Shown here: in pieces, positions 9,034-18,915 of the stretch
Numbering within the stretch: the first letter of the stretch is position 1
How the letters are laid out: every line of letters starts with the position of its first letter
Assembly (NCBI GenBank): GCA_031414955.1
Contig: JANOQV010000067.1
Coordinates: forward strand, 1 to 64,000
DNA length: 64,000 nt
Source of the DNA: Pedosphaera sp.
Lineage (GTDB): Bacteria > Verrucomicrobiota > Verrucomicrobiia > Limisphaerales > SIBH01
Direction of reading: 5' to 3'
Notes under the pieces: model-generated
Databases searched by the model: none
Seen by the model: only the letters and a program-made list of their open reading frames with translations
Told to the model about the DNA's origin: nothing
Made by a program: the position numbers and the translations under genes

Positions 9034-10416
9034 TTACGCCTTCTCTTCGATCAACTCGCGGCGGGCTCCGCCCAGGAGTTGCTCGATGAAGTTCGTGGAG
9101 TACACGCCGCGGCGAAAATTGGGATCCTGGAGAATCGCCATTTCAAACGGAATGGTCGTCTTGACCCCGGTGATCATGTACTCGCTCAAGGCCCGGCTCA
9201 TCTTGTCCATGGCTTCGCGGCGGTCTTTGCCGAAGGTGATCAGTTTGCCGATCATTGAATCGTAGTGGGGCGGAATCATGTAGCCGGCGTAGGCGTGCGA
9301 ATCCACACGCACGCCGCGCCCGCCCGGCGAGTAATACATCTCGATGCGGCCGGGGGAGGGACGGAAATCATCGAAGGGGTCTTCGGCATTGATGCGACAC
9401 TCGATGGCGTGGCCTTTGACGTGAACGTCGCTTTGCGCGATGCGCAACGGCTCGCCCATGGCGATCATGATTTGCTGCCGCACCAAGTCGATCCCGGTGA
9501 CTTCCTCGGTGATGGGGTGTTCCACCTGAATGCGCTTGTTGACTTCGAGGAAATAGAAGTTGCCGTGGTCATCGACGATGAACTCCACCGTGCCGGCATT
9601 GGTGTAATGAGCCATCTCGGCAATCTTGATCGCGGCCTTGCCCATGGTCTTGCGCAGGCTCTTGAACTTGTGCTCCAGGAGCGGCGAGGGGCTTTCCTCC
9701 ACGACCTTCTGGTTGCGGCGCTGAATGGAACAATCGCGCTCGTTCAGGTGAATGATGTTGCCCCGCGTGTCGCCGAGAATCTGAAACTCGATGTGGTGCG
9801 GGTTCTCGATGTATTTCTCGATGTAAACGCCGGAATTGCCGAAGGATTTCTCCGCCTCGGAGCGCGCCGTGTGGTAGCCCTTGACCAGCGAAATATCATT
9901 GTGCGCCACGCGCATCCCGCGTCCGCCGCCGCCCGCCACGGCCTTGATCATCACGGGGTAGCCGATTTTTTTGGCCGTCGCGAGAGCTTCCTGCTCCTTC
10001 TCGACCGTGCCTTCCGAGCCAGGTGGCGTGGGCACGCCGGCCTTCTTGGCCAGCGCGCGGCTCACGGCCTTGTCTTCCAAGGCGTTCATGGCCCGTGAGC
10101 TGGGTCCGATGAAGCGGATGTTGCAGTTCTCGCAGACGTCGGCGAAGTGCGCGTTCTCGGAGAGAAACCCGTAGCCCGGATGGATGGCATCCACGTCGGC
10201 AATCTCCGCCGCGCTGATGATGCGGTCGATGCGCAGATAGCTTTCGCTGCTGGGCGCCTTGCCGATGCAGATGGCCTCATCGGCCAGTTGCACATGCATC
10301 GAGTTCGCGTCCGCCTCCGAGTAAACGGCCACGGTGCGGACATTCAGCTCCTTGCAGGCGCGAATGATGCGGACTGCAATTTCACCGCGATTGGCGACCA
10401 GAATTTTTTCGAACAT
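9034..10416 (-). CDS. accC: Acetyl-CoA carboxylase biotin carboxylase
   Basis: [47 protein letters not shown]. Confidence 0.96.
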   Translation of the reverse strand: MFEKILVANRGEIAVRIIRACKELNVRTVAVYSEADANSMHVQLADEAICIGKAPSSESYLRIDRIISAAEIADVDAIHPGYGFLSENAHFADVCENCNIRFIGPSSRAMNALEDKAVSRALAKKAGVPTPPGSEGTVEKEQEALATAKKIGYPVMIKAVAGGGGRGMRVAHNDISLVKGYHTARSEAEKSFGNSGVYIEKYIENPHHIEFQILGDTRGNIIHLNERDCSIQRRNQKVVEESPSPLLEHKFKSLRKTMGKAAIKIAEMAHYTNAGTVEFIVDDHGNFYFLEVNKRIQVEHPITEEVTGIDLVRQQIMIAMGEPLRIAQSDVHVKGHAIECRINAEDPFDDFRPSPGRIEMYYSPGGRGVRVDSHAYAGYMIPPHYDSMIGKLITFGKDRREAMDKMSRALSEYMITGVKTTIPFEMAILQDPNFRRGVYSTNFIEQLLGGARRELIEEKA

Positions 10417-10455
10417 GGGGAAATTCACCGGCGGCGCTGGGCCACCGCTTCAACG

Positions 10456-10932
10456 TCACAATGGACGCACCTTGAACATGGGCTGGCCGAATTCAACCGG
10501 CTTGGCGTTCTCGACCAGAATTTGCGTCACCACGCCCTTTACCTCGGCCTTGATCTCGTTCATCACCTTCATGGCTTCGATGATGCAAACGACCGTGTCC
10601 GGGGTGACCTCGGTACCGATCTCGACGTACGAGCCAGCCTCAGGCGAGGGCGAACGGTAAATGGTGCCAATCATGGGCGACTTGATCTCGATTTCGTTCG
10701 AGGCGGGAGCCACGGGAGCGGTCATCGCGGTTCCAGCCGTGGCCGCCGCCAAGGCCGCCGAGGGGAAGGCTGCGACCTGCGGGAGGTAAACCTGATTCGG
10801 CAGATCTTCACCCGAGCCGCCCATGCTGCCACGCTTGAGCTTGATCTTGAATTCCTGACGCTCGAGCTCGAACTCCGAGATCGAGTTCTTCTTCATCAGA
10901 TCGATGATGGCCTTGATGTCTTTCAGATCCAC
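10456..10932 (-). CDS. accB: Biotin carboxyl carrier protein
   Basis: SPMIGTIYRSPSP and EAMKVMNEI biotinylation motif; GTG start at 10932. Confidence 0.95.
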   Translation of the reverse strand: MDLKDIKAIIDLMKKNSISEFELERQEFKIKLKRGSMGGSGEDLPNQVYLPQVAAFPSAALAAATAGTAMTAPVAPASNEIEIKSPMIGTIYRSPSPEAGSYVEIGTEVTPDTVVCIIEAMKVMNEIKAEVKGVVTQILVENAKPVEFGQPMFKVRPL

Positions 10933-11106
10933 AGGTGTCCTTCCGCTTTCCGGCCGTTGTCGTGTTTCAAATTCATTCAGCAAAAAAGCAGTCACCACGT
11001 TCGCGGCACTGCTGGTTGATTCTCAAAGGCGGCGCGAAAGTAGATTTTGACTTGTCGGAGCGTCAAGCAGCGATTTCCATGAATCCAGAGCGGGATTGTC
11101 GAAGCT

Positions 11107-11541
11107 CTAAACTGGATTATCGCTAACCACAGCTTCGAGCGCGAGCAGGTAGGAGTTCGCCCCGAAGCCAGTGATCTGTCCACGGCACACCGGAGCAATC
11201 AGGCTCTTATGACGGAATTCTTCCCGAGCGTGAACATTAGAGAGGTGAATTTCGATGGTGGGAACCTGAATTGCCGCAATGGCATCCCGCAAGGCGATGC
11301 TGGTGTGGGTGTAAGCCGCCGCGTTGAGGATGATCCAGTCGAACTGACCCTTGGCCTGTTGAACCCAATCGACCAATTCCCCCTCTAGGTTGGATTGCCG
11401 AAATTCAATCTCCACCTCCAGGGCGGCGGCGCGGTGCCGGACGCGCGATTCGATCTCGGGCAGGGTCGTGCGCCCATACTTCTCCGGCTCGCGTGTGCCG
11501 AGCAGGTTCAAATTGGGACCATTGAGGTAAAGGATACGCAT
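11107..11541 (-). CDS. aroQ: Type II 3-dehydroquinate dehydratase
   Basis: [48 protein letters not shown]; common aroQ-accB-accC order. Confidence 0.95.
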   Translation of the reverse strand: MRILYLNGPNLNLLGTREPEKYGRTTLPEIESRVRHRAAALEVEIEFRQSNLEGELVDWVQQAKGQFDWIILNAAAYTHTSIALRDAIAAIQVPTIEIHLSNVHAREEFRHKSLIAPVCRGQITGFGANSYLLALEAVVSDNPV

Positions 11542-11595
11542 CGGGGTGCAGGCTAGTGATCTAGGGCGAACCATGTCCACGCGAAATTCCCGGCC

Positions 11596-12624
11596 TCAGA
11601 ACTTCAATTGGAGCAGCCCGACCTCCAGGGCCAGTGCCTCCTGCACGTTCGAGTTCAGTTGCCGCTGAAGCCGCTCCAGCACTCGGAGGTTGGCCGTGGC
11701 GGCGGAGGGAGTGGTGCGGGATGCCAGAGCCTGGGTGCCCACCTGTAGATTGGGAAAAGCCAGCAAATCGGCATTACCCAGCGACAGGAGCCACACATCA
11801 CGCAGCCAGAACTGAAGTCCGGTCAGGATTTCAGCCCGTTGCCGGCGATATTCGGCCTCAATGGCGGCAGTCAGTTCGTCTTCCCACTTTTCGCGCAGCT
11901 TCGGGTCCAGATCATCGTATTTCTCCAGCGGAGACCGGGCGGTCAGATCTGTCTCAATGCTCTCCTTCAAGCCGCTCAAACGGGTTAGCAGCACCGACAG
12001 CAAGCGATAACGGCTCAGGATCGAACCGCGTTCTGCCACCGCCGTGTCGTTGAATTGCTTCAACCAGCCCAGGAAGGACTCGTCCTGAAACCGTCCCCGT
12101 TCGCCGGCAAAACTCAGCCGCAAACAGCGCGAGAGAATGGTCTCCAGGATCTTGCCCGGCTCCGTCGAGAGAAGGATCAGCACCGACCGCGCCGGCGGTT
12201 CCTCCAGCGTCTTGAGGAATGCGTTCGCCGCCTGCGGGTTCAATCGGTCTGCGCCCACGATGACCGCGACTTTATATTCCGCCTCGGTGGGCTTCAGGAA
12301 AATCGTCTGCATCAGCTCCCGCACCTGGTCGATCAGGATGACCCGCGAACGCGATTCAGGTCGGACCCATTGCACGTCGGCATGCGCGCTGTTCTCGATC
12401 TTTCGGCAGGAGGCGCATTCGTCACAGCAATCCACGGCCGGGCCACCTGAGTTGGTGCTCCGCCGCTCGCAGTTCAACGTCTTGGCCAGGGTGCGCGCGA
12501 CCAATTCGAGATGGGCCAGGTCGTCCCCGGAGAAGAGGTAAGCGTGGCCCAAACGCTGCCGGGCGAGACTGCGCTGCAGCAGTTGCACGGCGTCTTCCTG
12601 CTGGGTGAACTGGGCGAAGGACAT
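11596..12624 (-). CDS. holB: DNA polymerase III delta-prime subunit
   Basis: HAYLFSG, zinc motif CDECASC, AANAFLKTLEEPP, TILSRC. Confidence 0.9.
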   Translation of the reverse strand: MSFAQFTQQEDAVQLLQRSLARQRLGHAYLFSGDDLAHLELVARTLAKTLNCERRSTNSGGPAVDCCDECASCRKIENSAHADVQWVRPESRSRVILIDQVRELMQTIFLKPTEAEYKVAVIVGADRLNPQAANAFLKTLEEPPARSVLILLSTEPGKILETILSRCLRLSFAGERGRFQDESFLGWLKQFNDTAVAERGSILSRYRLLSVLLTRLSGLKESIETDLTARSPLEKYDDLDPKLREKWEDELTAAIEAEYRRQRAEILTGLQFWLRDVWLLSLGNADLLAFPNLQVGTQALASRTTPSAATANLRVLERLQRQLNSNVQEALALEVGLLQLKF

Positions 12625-12630
12625 GCGGCT

Positions 12631-12816
12631 AAAACTCCAAACTCCAAACTCCAAACCCCAAAGAAACTTCAAATGCCAAACTCCAAGGCCGGTCTGCGCC
12701 CCGGCGATTCACCCTCCCCAGCCTGCGCCACGCTACCGCCAGGGTGGTGCGGCACCCCATTTGGAACTTGGAGTTTGGTGTTTCCCTGGGGCTTGGAGCT
12801 TGGTGCTTGGCGCTTT
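12631..12816. repeat. Inverted heptamer tandem-repeat element (CCAAACT arm / TTGGAGY arm) carrying mini-ORF 12820-12629 (-)
   Basis: aaactcc x3-4 at 12631-12687 and ttggagc/ttggtgc repeats at 12760-12816. Confidence 0.8.
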
Positions 12817-12819
12817 CCA

Positions 12820-13239
12820 TCAAGCCTCCTGCGCCGGCGGTTGCGCCCCTGGCATGTGCCGCACCAAGAGCGGTATGCTGCCGATATAATTTCCCGCCAC
12901 CGCGATGTCGATGCCGTATTGCCCGGCCCGCTCGAAGCGCAGTTGCTGGATGTTGATGATGAAATTGCGCGAGATGAAACTCGTGTCCTCCGGCACCGCC
13001 ACATCCACCGGGATGTCGATGCTCGGCATGACCAGCTTCCCGTCCTCATCCACGAAGTTGAGTTTAATCTCCTTGTGGCCCTCCTCCATCTTGCTGAAGA
13101 CGAGCCGCAGGGCGATGGAACACTGCGCATGCACGGCCGGCAGTTGACCCGCGTTGATGGTGTCAAACGTGCCGAGAATGTTCAGCTTGCCGTGAGAATC
13201 CGTCGCTGCGTCGCACAAAGCCGCGATTTGAATGTCCAT
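12820..13239 (-). CDS. Conserved hypothetical protein (DUF6941-like)
   Basis: ALCDAATDSHGKLNILGTFDTI N-terminus and FERAGQYGIDI C-terminal strand recalled for this family. Confidence 0.75.
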   Translation of the reverse strand: MDIQIAALCDAATDSHGKLNILGTFDTINAGQLPAVHAQCSIALRLVFSKMEEGHKEIKLNFVDEDGKLVMPSIDIPVDVAVPEDTSFISRNFIINIQQLRFERAGQYGIDIAVAGNYIGSIPLLVRHMPGAQPPAQEA

Positions 13240-13422
13240 ACCGGCGCGAGACTAGGCCGGGTTCCCCCAACATGAAACGCAAAAGGTGAACTGTTTCCCG
13301 TTCTGAACCCGCCACGTGCCGTCCGGCTTGAGCGATGTGTGATCGATGGATTGGGACATGGTCCTAGGATTCAACAACCCGATCCTGCGCTGTGTTCTAA
13401 TCGCCGAGGCCGGTGGTGTCCG

Positions 13423-13573
13423 CAGCTCCAAGGGCGCGGCATCTTTGTGGAACACGCCCGAAGCAGCTTCCCCAGCTCCGTCAGGAGCGACATCGTCCGC
13501 AGATGCCGCCCCGCTGGGGCTGGAAAGGATGTGGCTGGTGCTTCTACACAGATTTCGCCCCGAACGGGGCTGG
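13423..13573. repeat. Four-arm palindromic REP-like element
   Basis: Outer arms cagctccaagggcgcggcatctttgtggaa / ttctacacagatttcgccccgaacggggctg; inner arms cagctccgtcaggagcgacatc / gatgccgccccgctggggctg. Confidence 0.7.
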
Positions 13574-13728
13574 GCTGTCCCACCTCAAAACCTCCAAGCC
13601 CCCGCAATGGACAGCCACCGGCAGGTTTGATTCACTGCCCTCTGTGAAACCAAAGGCCGCACTGATCACTCTTCATGCACGATGCATCGCCTGTCGTGCG
13701 GTTCGATGACAATGTGAGGCAACAATAT

Positions 13729-14220
13729 ATGGCTAATACCCAACTAACTCGTCAGATCGGCGAGCATCTTGTTGTTTCAGAACTGGGTCGTTACGGAATT
13801 ATCGCGACACCATTTTCCGGCAACATGCCTGATTTCGACGTAGTCGCTTTAGCTCCCTCCGGCGATTCACTTTACATTCAAGTCAAAGCAATTAACACGG
13901 GTGACTGGCAGTTGGATGCGAACCGCTTTCTACGTCTCGAATACGATAAGCAGACAGACTTGCAGGCCAGGCTCGGATTGCGGACTCCCGCTGTTACTCC
14001 CTTGGTGTTCGTCTTGATCAAGATCATCGAGTCAGGACGAGATGAGTTTTATGTAATTCCTTACTTTGATGTTCAGAAGATCGTAGCGGGCGGCTATCGC
14101 AGAACCAAAGGTAAGAGTTTTCATTTCGCGTTACGGCGGAAGGTGATTTCGAAATTCAAAGTCGACAATTTACGAGATGTTACCCGTGCCATCGAAAGAC
14201 GACACGGTCATCCTCACTAG
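13729..14220 (+). CDS. Putative PD-(D/E)XK endonuclease, AT-rich
   Basis: GEHLVVSEL helix, then FDVVA and IQVKA in the E...D...QxK arrangement; many A/T-ending codons. Confidence 0.65.
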   Translation: MANTQLTRQIGEHLVVSELGRYGIIATPFSGNMPDFDVVALAPSGDSLYIQVKAINTGDWQLDANRFLRLEYDKQTDLQARLGLRTPAVTPLVFVLIKIIESGRDEFYVIPYFDVQKIVAGGYRRTKGKSFHFALRRKVISKFKVDNLRDVTRAIERRHGHPH

Positions 14221-14270
14221 CGTTGAGCTTAGCGCGTTAATTCCCCCCTCCGCCCGCCAGCCTTAGCGCT

Positions 14271-14348
14271 CTCCAGCGGTTGCACCTCGGCCAGTTCCTT
14301 GCCCGCTTCGGTGGCGCCGAGCTTGAGCAGGTGCTCGCCGCTCGGACG
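14271..14348 (-). pseudogene. Duplicated relic of the rmuC 3-prime end
   Basis: 78 bp with 4 mismatches to 14876-14953; translates RPSGEHLLKLGATEAGKELAEVQPLE. Confidence 0.9.
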
Positions 14349-14393
14349 GAAGGGCGGCTTGCGCGAGGGGATCAGGACGGATAATCTACCCGC

Positions 14394-14615
14394 ATGACTG
14401 GCGTGGAAGTGATCGAAGAAATCAAGCGATTGCCGAAAGAGGAACGCACCAAGGTGATCGAGTTCACCCGCCAGTTAGCCGACAATCAACTCCTCACCCC
14501 GGAAGAACTGGGCCAACTGGCCAAGCGCATGGCTGAAACCAAAGACCCCGCCGAGGCAGACCGACTGCAAGAGAAGATCGTCCGCGGTTTCTACGGCGGC
14601 GAATCCCATGCCTAA
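14394..14615 (+). CDS. Putative antitoxin-like small protein
   Basis: MTGVEVIEEIKRLPKEER start resembles addiction-module antitoxins; TTGCGC-17-TAATCT promoter 6 nt upstream; overlaps next ORF. Confidence 0.6.
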   Translation: MTGVEVIEEIKRLPKEERTKVIEFTRQLADNQLLTPEELGQLAKRMAETKDPAEADRLQEKIVRGFYGGESHA

Positions 14616-14853
14616 AATCCGGCGTCGCCACCTGCCGGAACCGTTGCTGGCGCATCTCCTCCTGCGCGTCCGCGAGCGGAACATTTCTCACGAACAAATC
14701 ATCCTGCTGGCCCGCTGGCTTGATACGGAACCGGAGGCGCCGGCCGGGCGTCGGTTCAGGAAGTTCTCCGGGTTCACCCTTTGCGGCGAAGGCGAACTCA
14801 TCAAAACGTTTCTACTGCCCGGTCAATTGCCGGACGGCGTGGAGATCATTTGA
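14608..14853 (+). CDS. Putative toxin-like small basic protein
   Basis: 81 aa, basic, overlaps the upstream small ORF by 8 nt; CGEGELIKTFLLPGQ C-terminal motif. Confidence 0.6.
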   Translation: MPKIRRRHLPEPLLAHLLLRVRERNISHEQIILLARWLDTEPEAPAGRRFRKFSGFTLCGEGELIKTFLLPGQLPDGVEII

Positions 14854-16213
14854 CGGTCTCGATTCGCAATGAAGCCTCCAGCGGTTGCACCTCGGCCAGT
14901 TCCTTGCCCGCATCGGTGCCGCCGAGCTTGAGCAGGCGCTCGCCGCTCGGGCGCACCATCCGTTCGTAGCTGCCCACCGCGTCGTTGAAGGCGGCATTGG
15001 CCCGCTCCAGCCCGCCGCGAATCTTCTCGAAGTGCTCGGTAAACTTCACCACGCGCGTGAACAGTTCCTGCGCCGCCTCGGCAATGGCCCGCGCGTTCTC
15101 CGTCTGCGCGTGTTGCTGCCAGCTCAAGCTCACCGAGCGCAGGATGGCAATGAGCGAGATGGGCGTGGCGATGAGAATGCGCTTGGTCTGCGCCCACATC
15201 ATCAGCTCGTGGTCGCCCTCGAGCGCGGCGCTGAAGAGGGATTCCGCCGGGAGGAAGAGGACGACGTAGTCGAGCGCGTTCGGGAACTGGCTCGGGTAAT
15301 CGCGGTCAGCCAGGGCCTTGACCGTGCCCTTGAGCTTGGCCGCGTGCTGGGCGAGGGCGTCGGCGCGCTTGGTCGCGTCGGCTGTGTCGATGGCGCTGAG
15401 GAAGTCCAGCTCCGGCACCTTGGAATCGACGATGATGACGCGGTCGCCCGGCAGCCGCACCACGAGGTCGGGCTTGCCGTCGCCTTCCTTGGTCTGCTCG
15501 GTGAAGTCGCAGTGCGCGCTCATCCCGGCGGTCTCGACCACGCGACGCAAGGTCTCTTCGCCCCAGCGTCCGCGGGCTTGGTTGGAGCTGAGCACTTTGC
15601 GCAGTTGAAAGGTCTCGGTGGAGAGGGTCTGGCTTTGCTGGGCGAGTGTCTCGAGTTGCTTCTTCACTTCGCCGAGCGTGGCGGCCTGGGTGTTCTCGGA
15701 TTGCTGGAGACGCTGCTGATAGGTGGCGAGGTGCTGCTTCAACGGCTCGACCAGCGTGGCGATGGCTTGCTGGCGTTCCTTCAAGTCACCCTTCGCCGAT
15801 TCCTGGAGCTTGCCGAAACTCTGCTCGGCCAGGCGCAGGAACTCGGGCGCGGTTTGTTTGAGGGCATCCGCGCTCAACGCCTTGAAAGCTTCGCGCAAGT
15901 CGGCGAGTGCCTTGTCCTGCGCGGCTTTGGCTTCGCGCAGGGATTGTTCGTGCCGCTCCTGCTGTTGGGCAACGAGTTGTTTGGCGGCGTCACGCTCGGC
16001 GGAAGCGCCGGCGGTCTGGGCTTTGGCGTCGGTGAGTTGCGCGCGCAGCGAACCGAGGTCGGTCTCGGATTGGGCGGCGCGGGCGCGGAGTTCATCCACG
16101 AGCGGCTGGAGACTGGAGGCGGGCGCAGCGGCGGACTTGCGCGCGCCCAACAGCCAGCCGATGAGGCCGCCGAGCGCAATGCCGATTCCCAAGCCCAGAA
16201 GGAGATACTGCAT
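14846..16213 (-). CDS. rmuC: DNA recombination protein RmuC
   Basis: N-terminal TM, coiled coil, RGRWGEETL, PDLVVRLP, IVDSKVP, VVLFLPAES, ATPISLIAIL. Confidence 0.93.
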   Translation of the reverse strand: MQYLLLGLGIGIALGGLIGWLLGARKSAAAPASSLQPLVDELRARAAQSETDLGSLRAQLTDAKAQTAGASAERDAAKQLVAQQQERHEQSLREAKAAQDKALADLREAFKALSADALKQTAPEFLRLAEQSFGKLQESAKGDLKERQQAIATLVEPLKQHLATYQQRLQQSENTQAATLGEVKKQLETLAQQSQTLSTETFQLRKVLSSNQARGRWGEETLRRVVETAGMSAHCDFTEQTKEGDGKPDLVVRLPGDRVIIVDSKVPELDFLSAIDTADATKRADALAQHAAKLKGTVKALADRDYPSQFPNALDYVVLFLPAESLFSAALEGDHELMMWAQTKRILIATPISLIAILRSVSLSWQQHAQTENARAIAEAAQELFTRVVKFTEHFEKIRGGLERANAAFNDAVGSYERMVRPSGERLLKLGGTDAGKELAEVQPLEASLRIETVK

Positions 16214-16306
16214 GGAGGGAGAATGACGGACACAGGGAAGCGCGCAAGAATTCTGCGGGGAGATTCCTCAAGAGACAGTTCGCGCGGCAGGCAGTTCAAA
16301 CGCTCC

Positions 16307-16514
16307 CGGCCCCAGCGGGGCCGAATATGAATAGCCCCGGATGAAATCCGGGGTGGAAAGCGAAGCAAGACCACGACCCCGGAGGGGTCGAACCTTGCGA
16401 TGTGATTTGGCTGTCTGAGGCGCGGGAGTTCAACCCCTCTGGGGTTGGGGCGTTCGGAGCTTCTCCGCCCCGGATTTCATCCGGGGCTATTCACCTTCAA
16501 TCGCTCCGCGATTG
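16307..16514. repeat. Four-arm palindromic REP-like element (aatagcccc family)
   Basis: Perfect 26-bp inverted arms tgaatagccccggatgaaatccgggg (16328-16353) / 16468-16493, plus inner accccggaggggtcgaac / gttcaacccctctggggt. Confidence 0.8.
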
Positions 16515-16525
16515 TCCCAGGAGAG

Positions 16526-17065
16526 TTACTTCACCGCCGACTCGATCATTTTCTTGAAGTCGTCCTCGGCGGATTTCACGAGCGCGGCCGGGCCGGTCAT
16601 CTTCACGAACACATTGCCCTCGGCGCTCTCGACGATGGCGCCGAGCAAGGCCGAACCGGGCTGCGGAGTACGCGCGCCGCCGGGCATGCCACTCAGGTAA
16701 GTGCCTTCCGCGCGCACGAAGGTGACCTTGCGCTTGCCGATGGTGGTCTCCTCGCTCTTGGCGCCGATCTTCTCACGCGGCCCCTCGAACTGGCCGTACC
16801 AACGCTCGACGTTGGCCTGCACGCCGCCGCCGTTGCTCGGCCCGAAGTGGAAGAACACGACCTCTGCAGAGTTCTTCTTGTCCGCATCGTTGACCTTGAA
16901 CTGCGCCTTGCGCATGGGCGACGCGCTCTCGATGCGCTCCCATTTGGCCGGTTGTTTGAAGGTGAATTCGCTGACCTTGAAAGTAGTGACAGCATCAGCG
17001 GCCGTGGCTGTCCCGGCGAAGGAGAGCGCGAGTGTGGCGGTCAGCAGACAAATGAGTTTGTTCAT
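16526..17065 (-). CDS. Secreted conserved hypothetical protein
   Basis: Signal peptide; SPMRKAQF, GGGVQANVERWYGQF, FVKMTGP motifs; TTGACA-17-TACGAA promoter 6 nt upstream. Confidence 0.8.
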   Translation of the reverse strand: MNKLICLLTATLALSFAGTATAADAVTTFKVSEFTFKQPAKWERIESASPMRKAQFKVNDADKKNSAEVVFFHFGPSNGGGVQANVERWYGQFEGPREKIGAKSEETTIGKRKVTFVRAEGTYLSGMPGGARTPQPGSALLGAIVESAEGNVFVKMTGPAALVKSAEDDFKKMIESAVK

Positions 17066-17144
17066 GCGCGGTTCGTACCGGGCAGGGCGGGAACTGTCAA
17101 CCGCCTGCTGCTGGGCAGGTGCGATTGGAAGTGGCGGGAAACTG

Positions 17145-17337
17145 GAGCGCCGTAGGCGCGGCGAGAGAGTAGCCCATGGCGGCAGCCGTGGGATCAGATG
17201 GACCAGATGACCCAGCCCCAGCGGGGCGAGAGAATCCCAGCGACGGCCAGTCTTTCGCCCCGCTGGGGCTGGCGGCGGGCGGGCTTTTTCCCACGGCTTG
17301 CGCCATGGGCTACTCTCTGGCCGCGCCTACGGCGCTC
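17145..17337. repeat. Four-arm palindromic REP-like element (tagccca family)
   Basis: About 49-bp outer inverted arms (17145-17193 / 17289-17337) and inner arms cagccccagcggggcgagaga / tctttcgccccgctggggctg. Confidence 0.8.
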
Positions 17338-17403
17338 AGGAACGGCGCACTTCGTCTTCGCGCCGTCTGGCCCGCCACTTTCAATCGCACCCTGGCCGTT
17401 CCG

Positions 17404-18915
17404 TCACCGCGCCGGTTTGACCTGCACATCAAACACGCCGGTCAGCACCCGGCCTTTGATGCGCACCTGCGCCCAGAGCCGGTAATCGCCCGCGCGCGGG
17501 AAGGCGTAGGGAAAGGAGACTTCGCTCATCGCGGTCGGAGCCTTGGTGCGCAGCGAGTTGGTCGTCGGCAGGCCTTCGCGGCGCGTGAACAATTCCTGCG
17601 CGGCCATGGAAATAGTTCCGATGGGATGAAGATGCGTGAACACTTCGCCGCCCTCACGGCGCACCACGGCGTGGCCAAGCATTCCCATGTAATGCTGCAA
17701 GGTCGCGGGCTGGCCGTCAGCCGCGAGCACCTGGAAGCGCAACGAAGTTTCCCGGTTCTCGACCAACCCCTCCGCGTTCTGGAACACCATGTTCAAGCCG
17801 CCCATCAACCGGCTGGTCTTGCCCCGCGCCGCCGTGGGCGAAGTCGCGCTCATGCTGGTGTGCCACGAATCGTCGGCGTCGAGGGCGAAGGGTTGCGCAC
17901 CATTCGTCGCGCCCAGCAGCGGCGATTGGCAGATGACATCGAGCATGTTGGACGTGAGCGCCATTTGCGGCGCGCGACCCGCCGGCTCGGGCAGCGCGAC
18001 TCGGGCGATGAGCGTCTGGTTCAACCCATTCTCGTGCGTGATTTCCGCGTAGAGCTGGTAGTCGCCGGCGGGCAGGGGCGGCAGAACATTTTCAAACGTC
18101 CGTGCGTCGCGTCGCACGGGATGCAGATGGGCGAAGGCGTTGAAGTCCGGCGCGCGCAGCAGGAACAAGTGCATGAGCTTGCCGTGATCGGCCGCGAGCG
18201 TGTCCCACGACGACGCGCCGGTGACATCCGCCGAGGGCGTGAGACGCAGCAGGTGGAGGTTGCCGTTGGTGTGCGTGGACGCGAGGACCGGGACCGGCTT
18301 GGCCAGGGCGTTGTTGCGGAATTCGCAGTCCATGCGCTGCCAACGGTTTTTCCCCGCGTAAATCGCGCCGGCAAAAATCCCGGCGGCCAGCACCGTGACG
18401 AAGCGCGCGGGAAGTTGCGGCAACGAGGCGCGGGCCGAGGCACCGACGAGCCACACGGCCCACGCAAACAAAACGATTCCCAGCGCGATCAACACCGCCG
18501 CCAGACCGGCGGACATGCTCGGCTGGCGCAAAGCAGCCGAGGTGATCGGCACGACGGCCGTGCCACTGCCGCGCTCTCCCTCGACCCGCACCTGCACGCT
18601 GTACGAGCCGTTGTAGAAAAACCACACCACGGCGTTGAAGAGATTCGTTTCCCCTGCGACCGCAGTGGCCGTGACGGGAGCCGCCGATGCCTGCGGTCCT
18701 GCTCCCCAGAGCGCTGCTTGCAACGAGACGCTGCTCGCGCCCTCCACGCGCACGTCCACTTGCGCCGCGCCCGGCAGCACGGCAGGCGGGCGGATGATCA
18801 CGCGCACCGGGTATGGCCCGGCCTGTCCCTCGAAGAAAACATTCGGGCTGCCGACATGCGCGCAGAGTAACGCAGGCAGACACGCGAGCAGCATGATGAT
18901 TGGCCAATTCCTCAT
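17404..18915 (-). CDS. His-rich membrane-anchored periplasmic protein, putative metal (Cu) binding
   Basis: ATG 18915 overlaps upstream stop; signal peptide then HVGSP; two central TMs; HGKLMHLF, FAHLHP, HYMGMLGH, FTHLHP. Confidence 0.75.
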   Translation of the reverse strand: MRNWPIIMLLACLPALLCAHVGSPNVFFEGQAGPYPVRVIIRPPAVLPGAAQVDVRVEGASSVSLQAALWGAGPQASAAPVTATAVAGETNLFNAVVWFFYNGSYSVQVRVEGERGSGTAVVPITSAALRQPSMSAGLAAVLIALGIVLFAWAVWLVGASARASLPQLPARFVTVLAAGIFAGAIYAGKNRWQRMDCEFRNNALAKPVPVLASTHTNGNLHLLRLTPSADVTGASSWDTLAADHGKLMHLFLLRAPDFNAFAHLHPVRRDARTFENVLPPLPAGDYQLYAEITHENGLNQTLIARVALPEPAGRAPQMALTSNMLDVICQSPLLGATNGAQPFALDADDSWHTSMSATSPTAARGKTSRLMGGLNMVFQNAEGLVENRETSLRFQVLAADGQPATLQHYMGMLGHAVVRREGGEVFTHLHPIGTISMAAQELFTRREGLPTTNSLRTKAPTAMSEVSFPYAFPRAGDYRLWAQVRIKGRVLTGVFDVQVKPAR

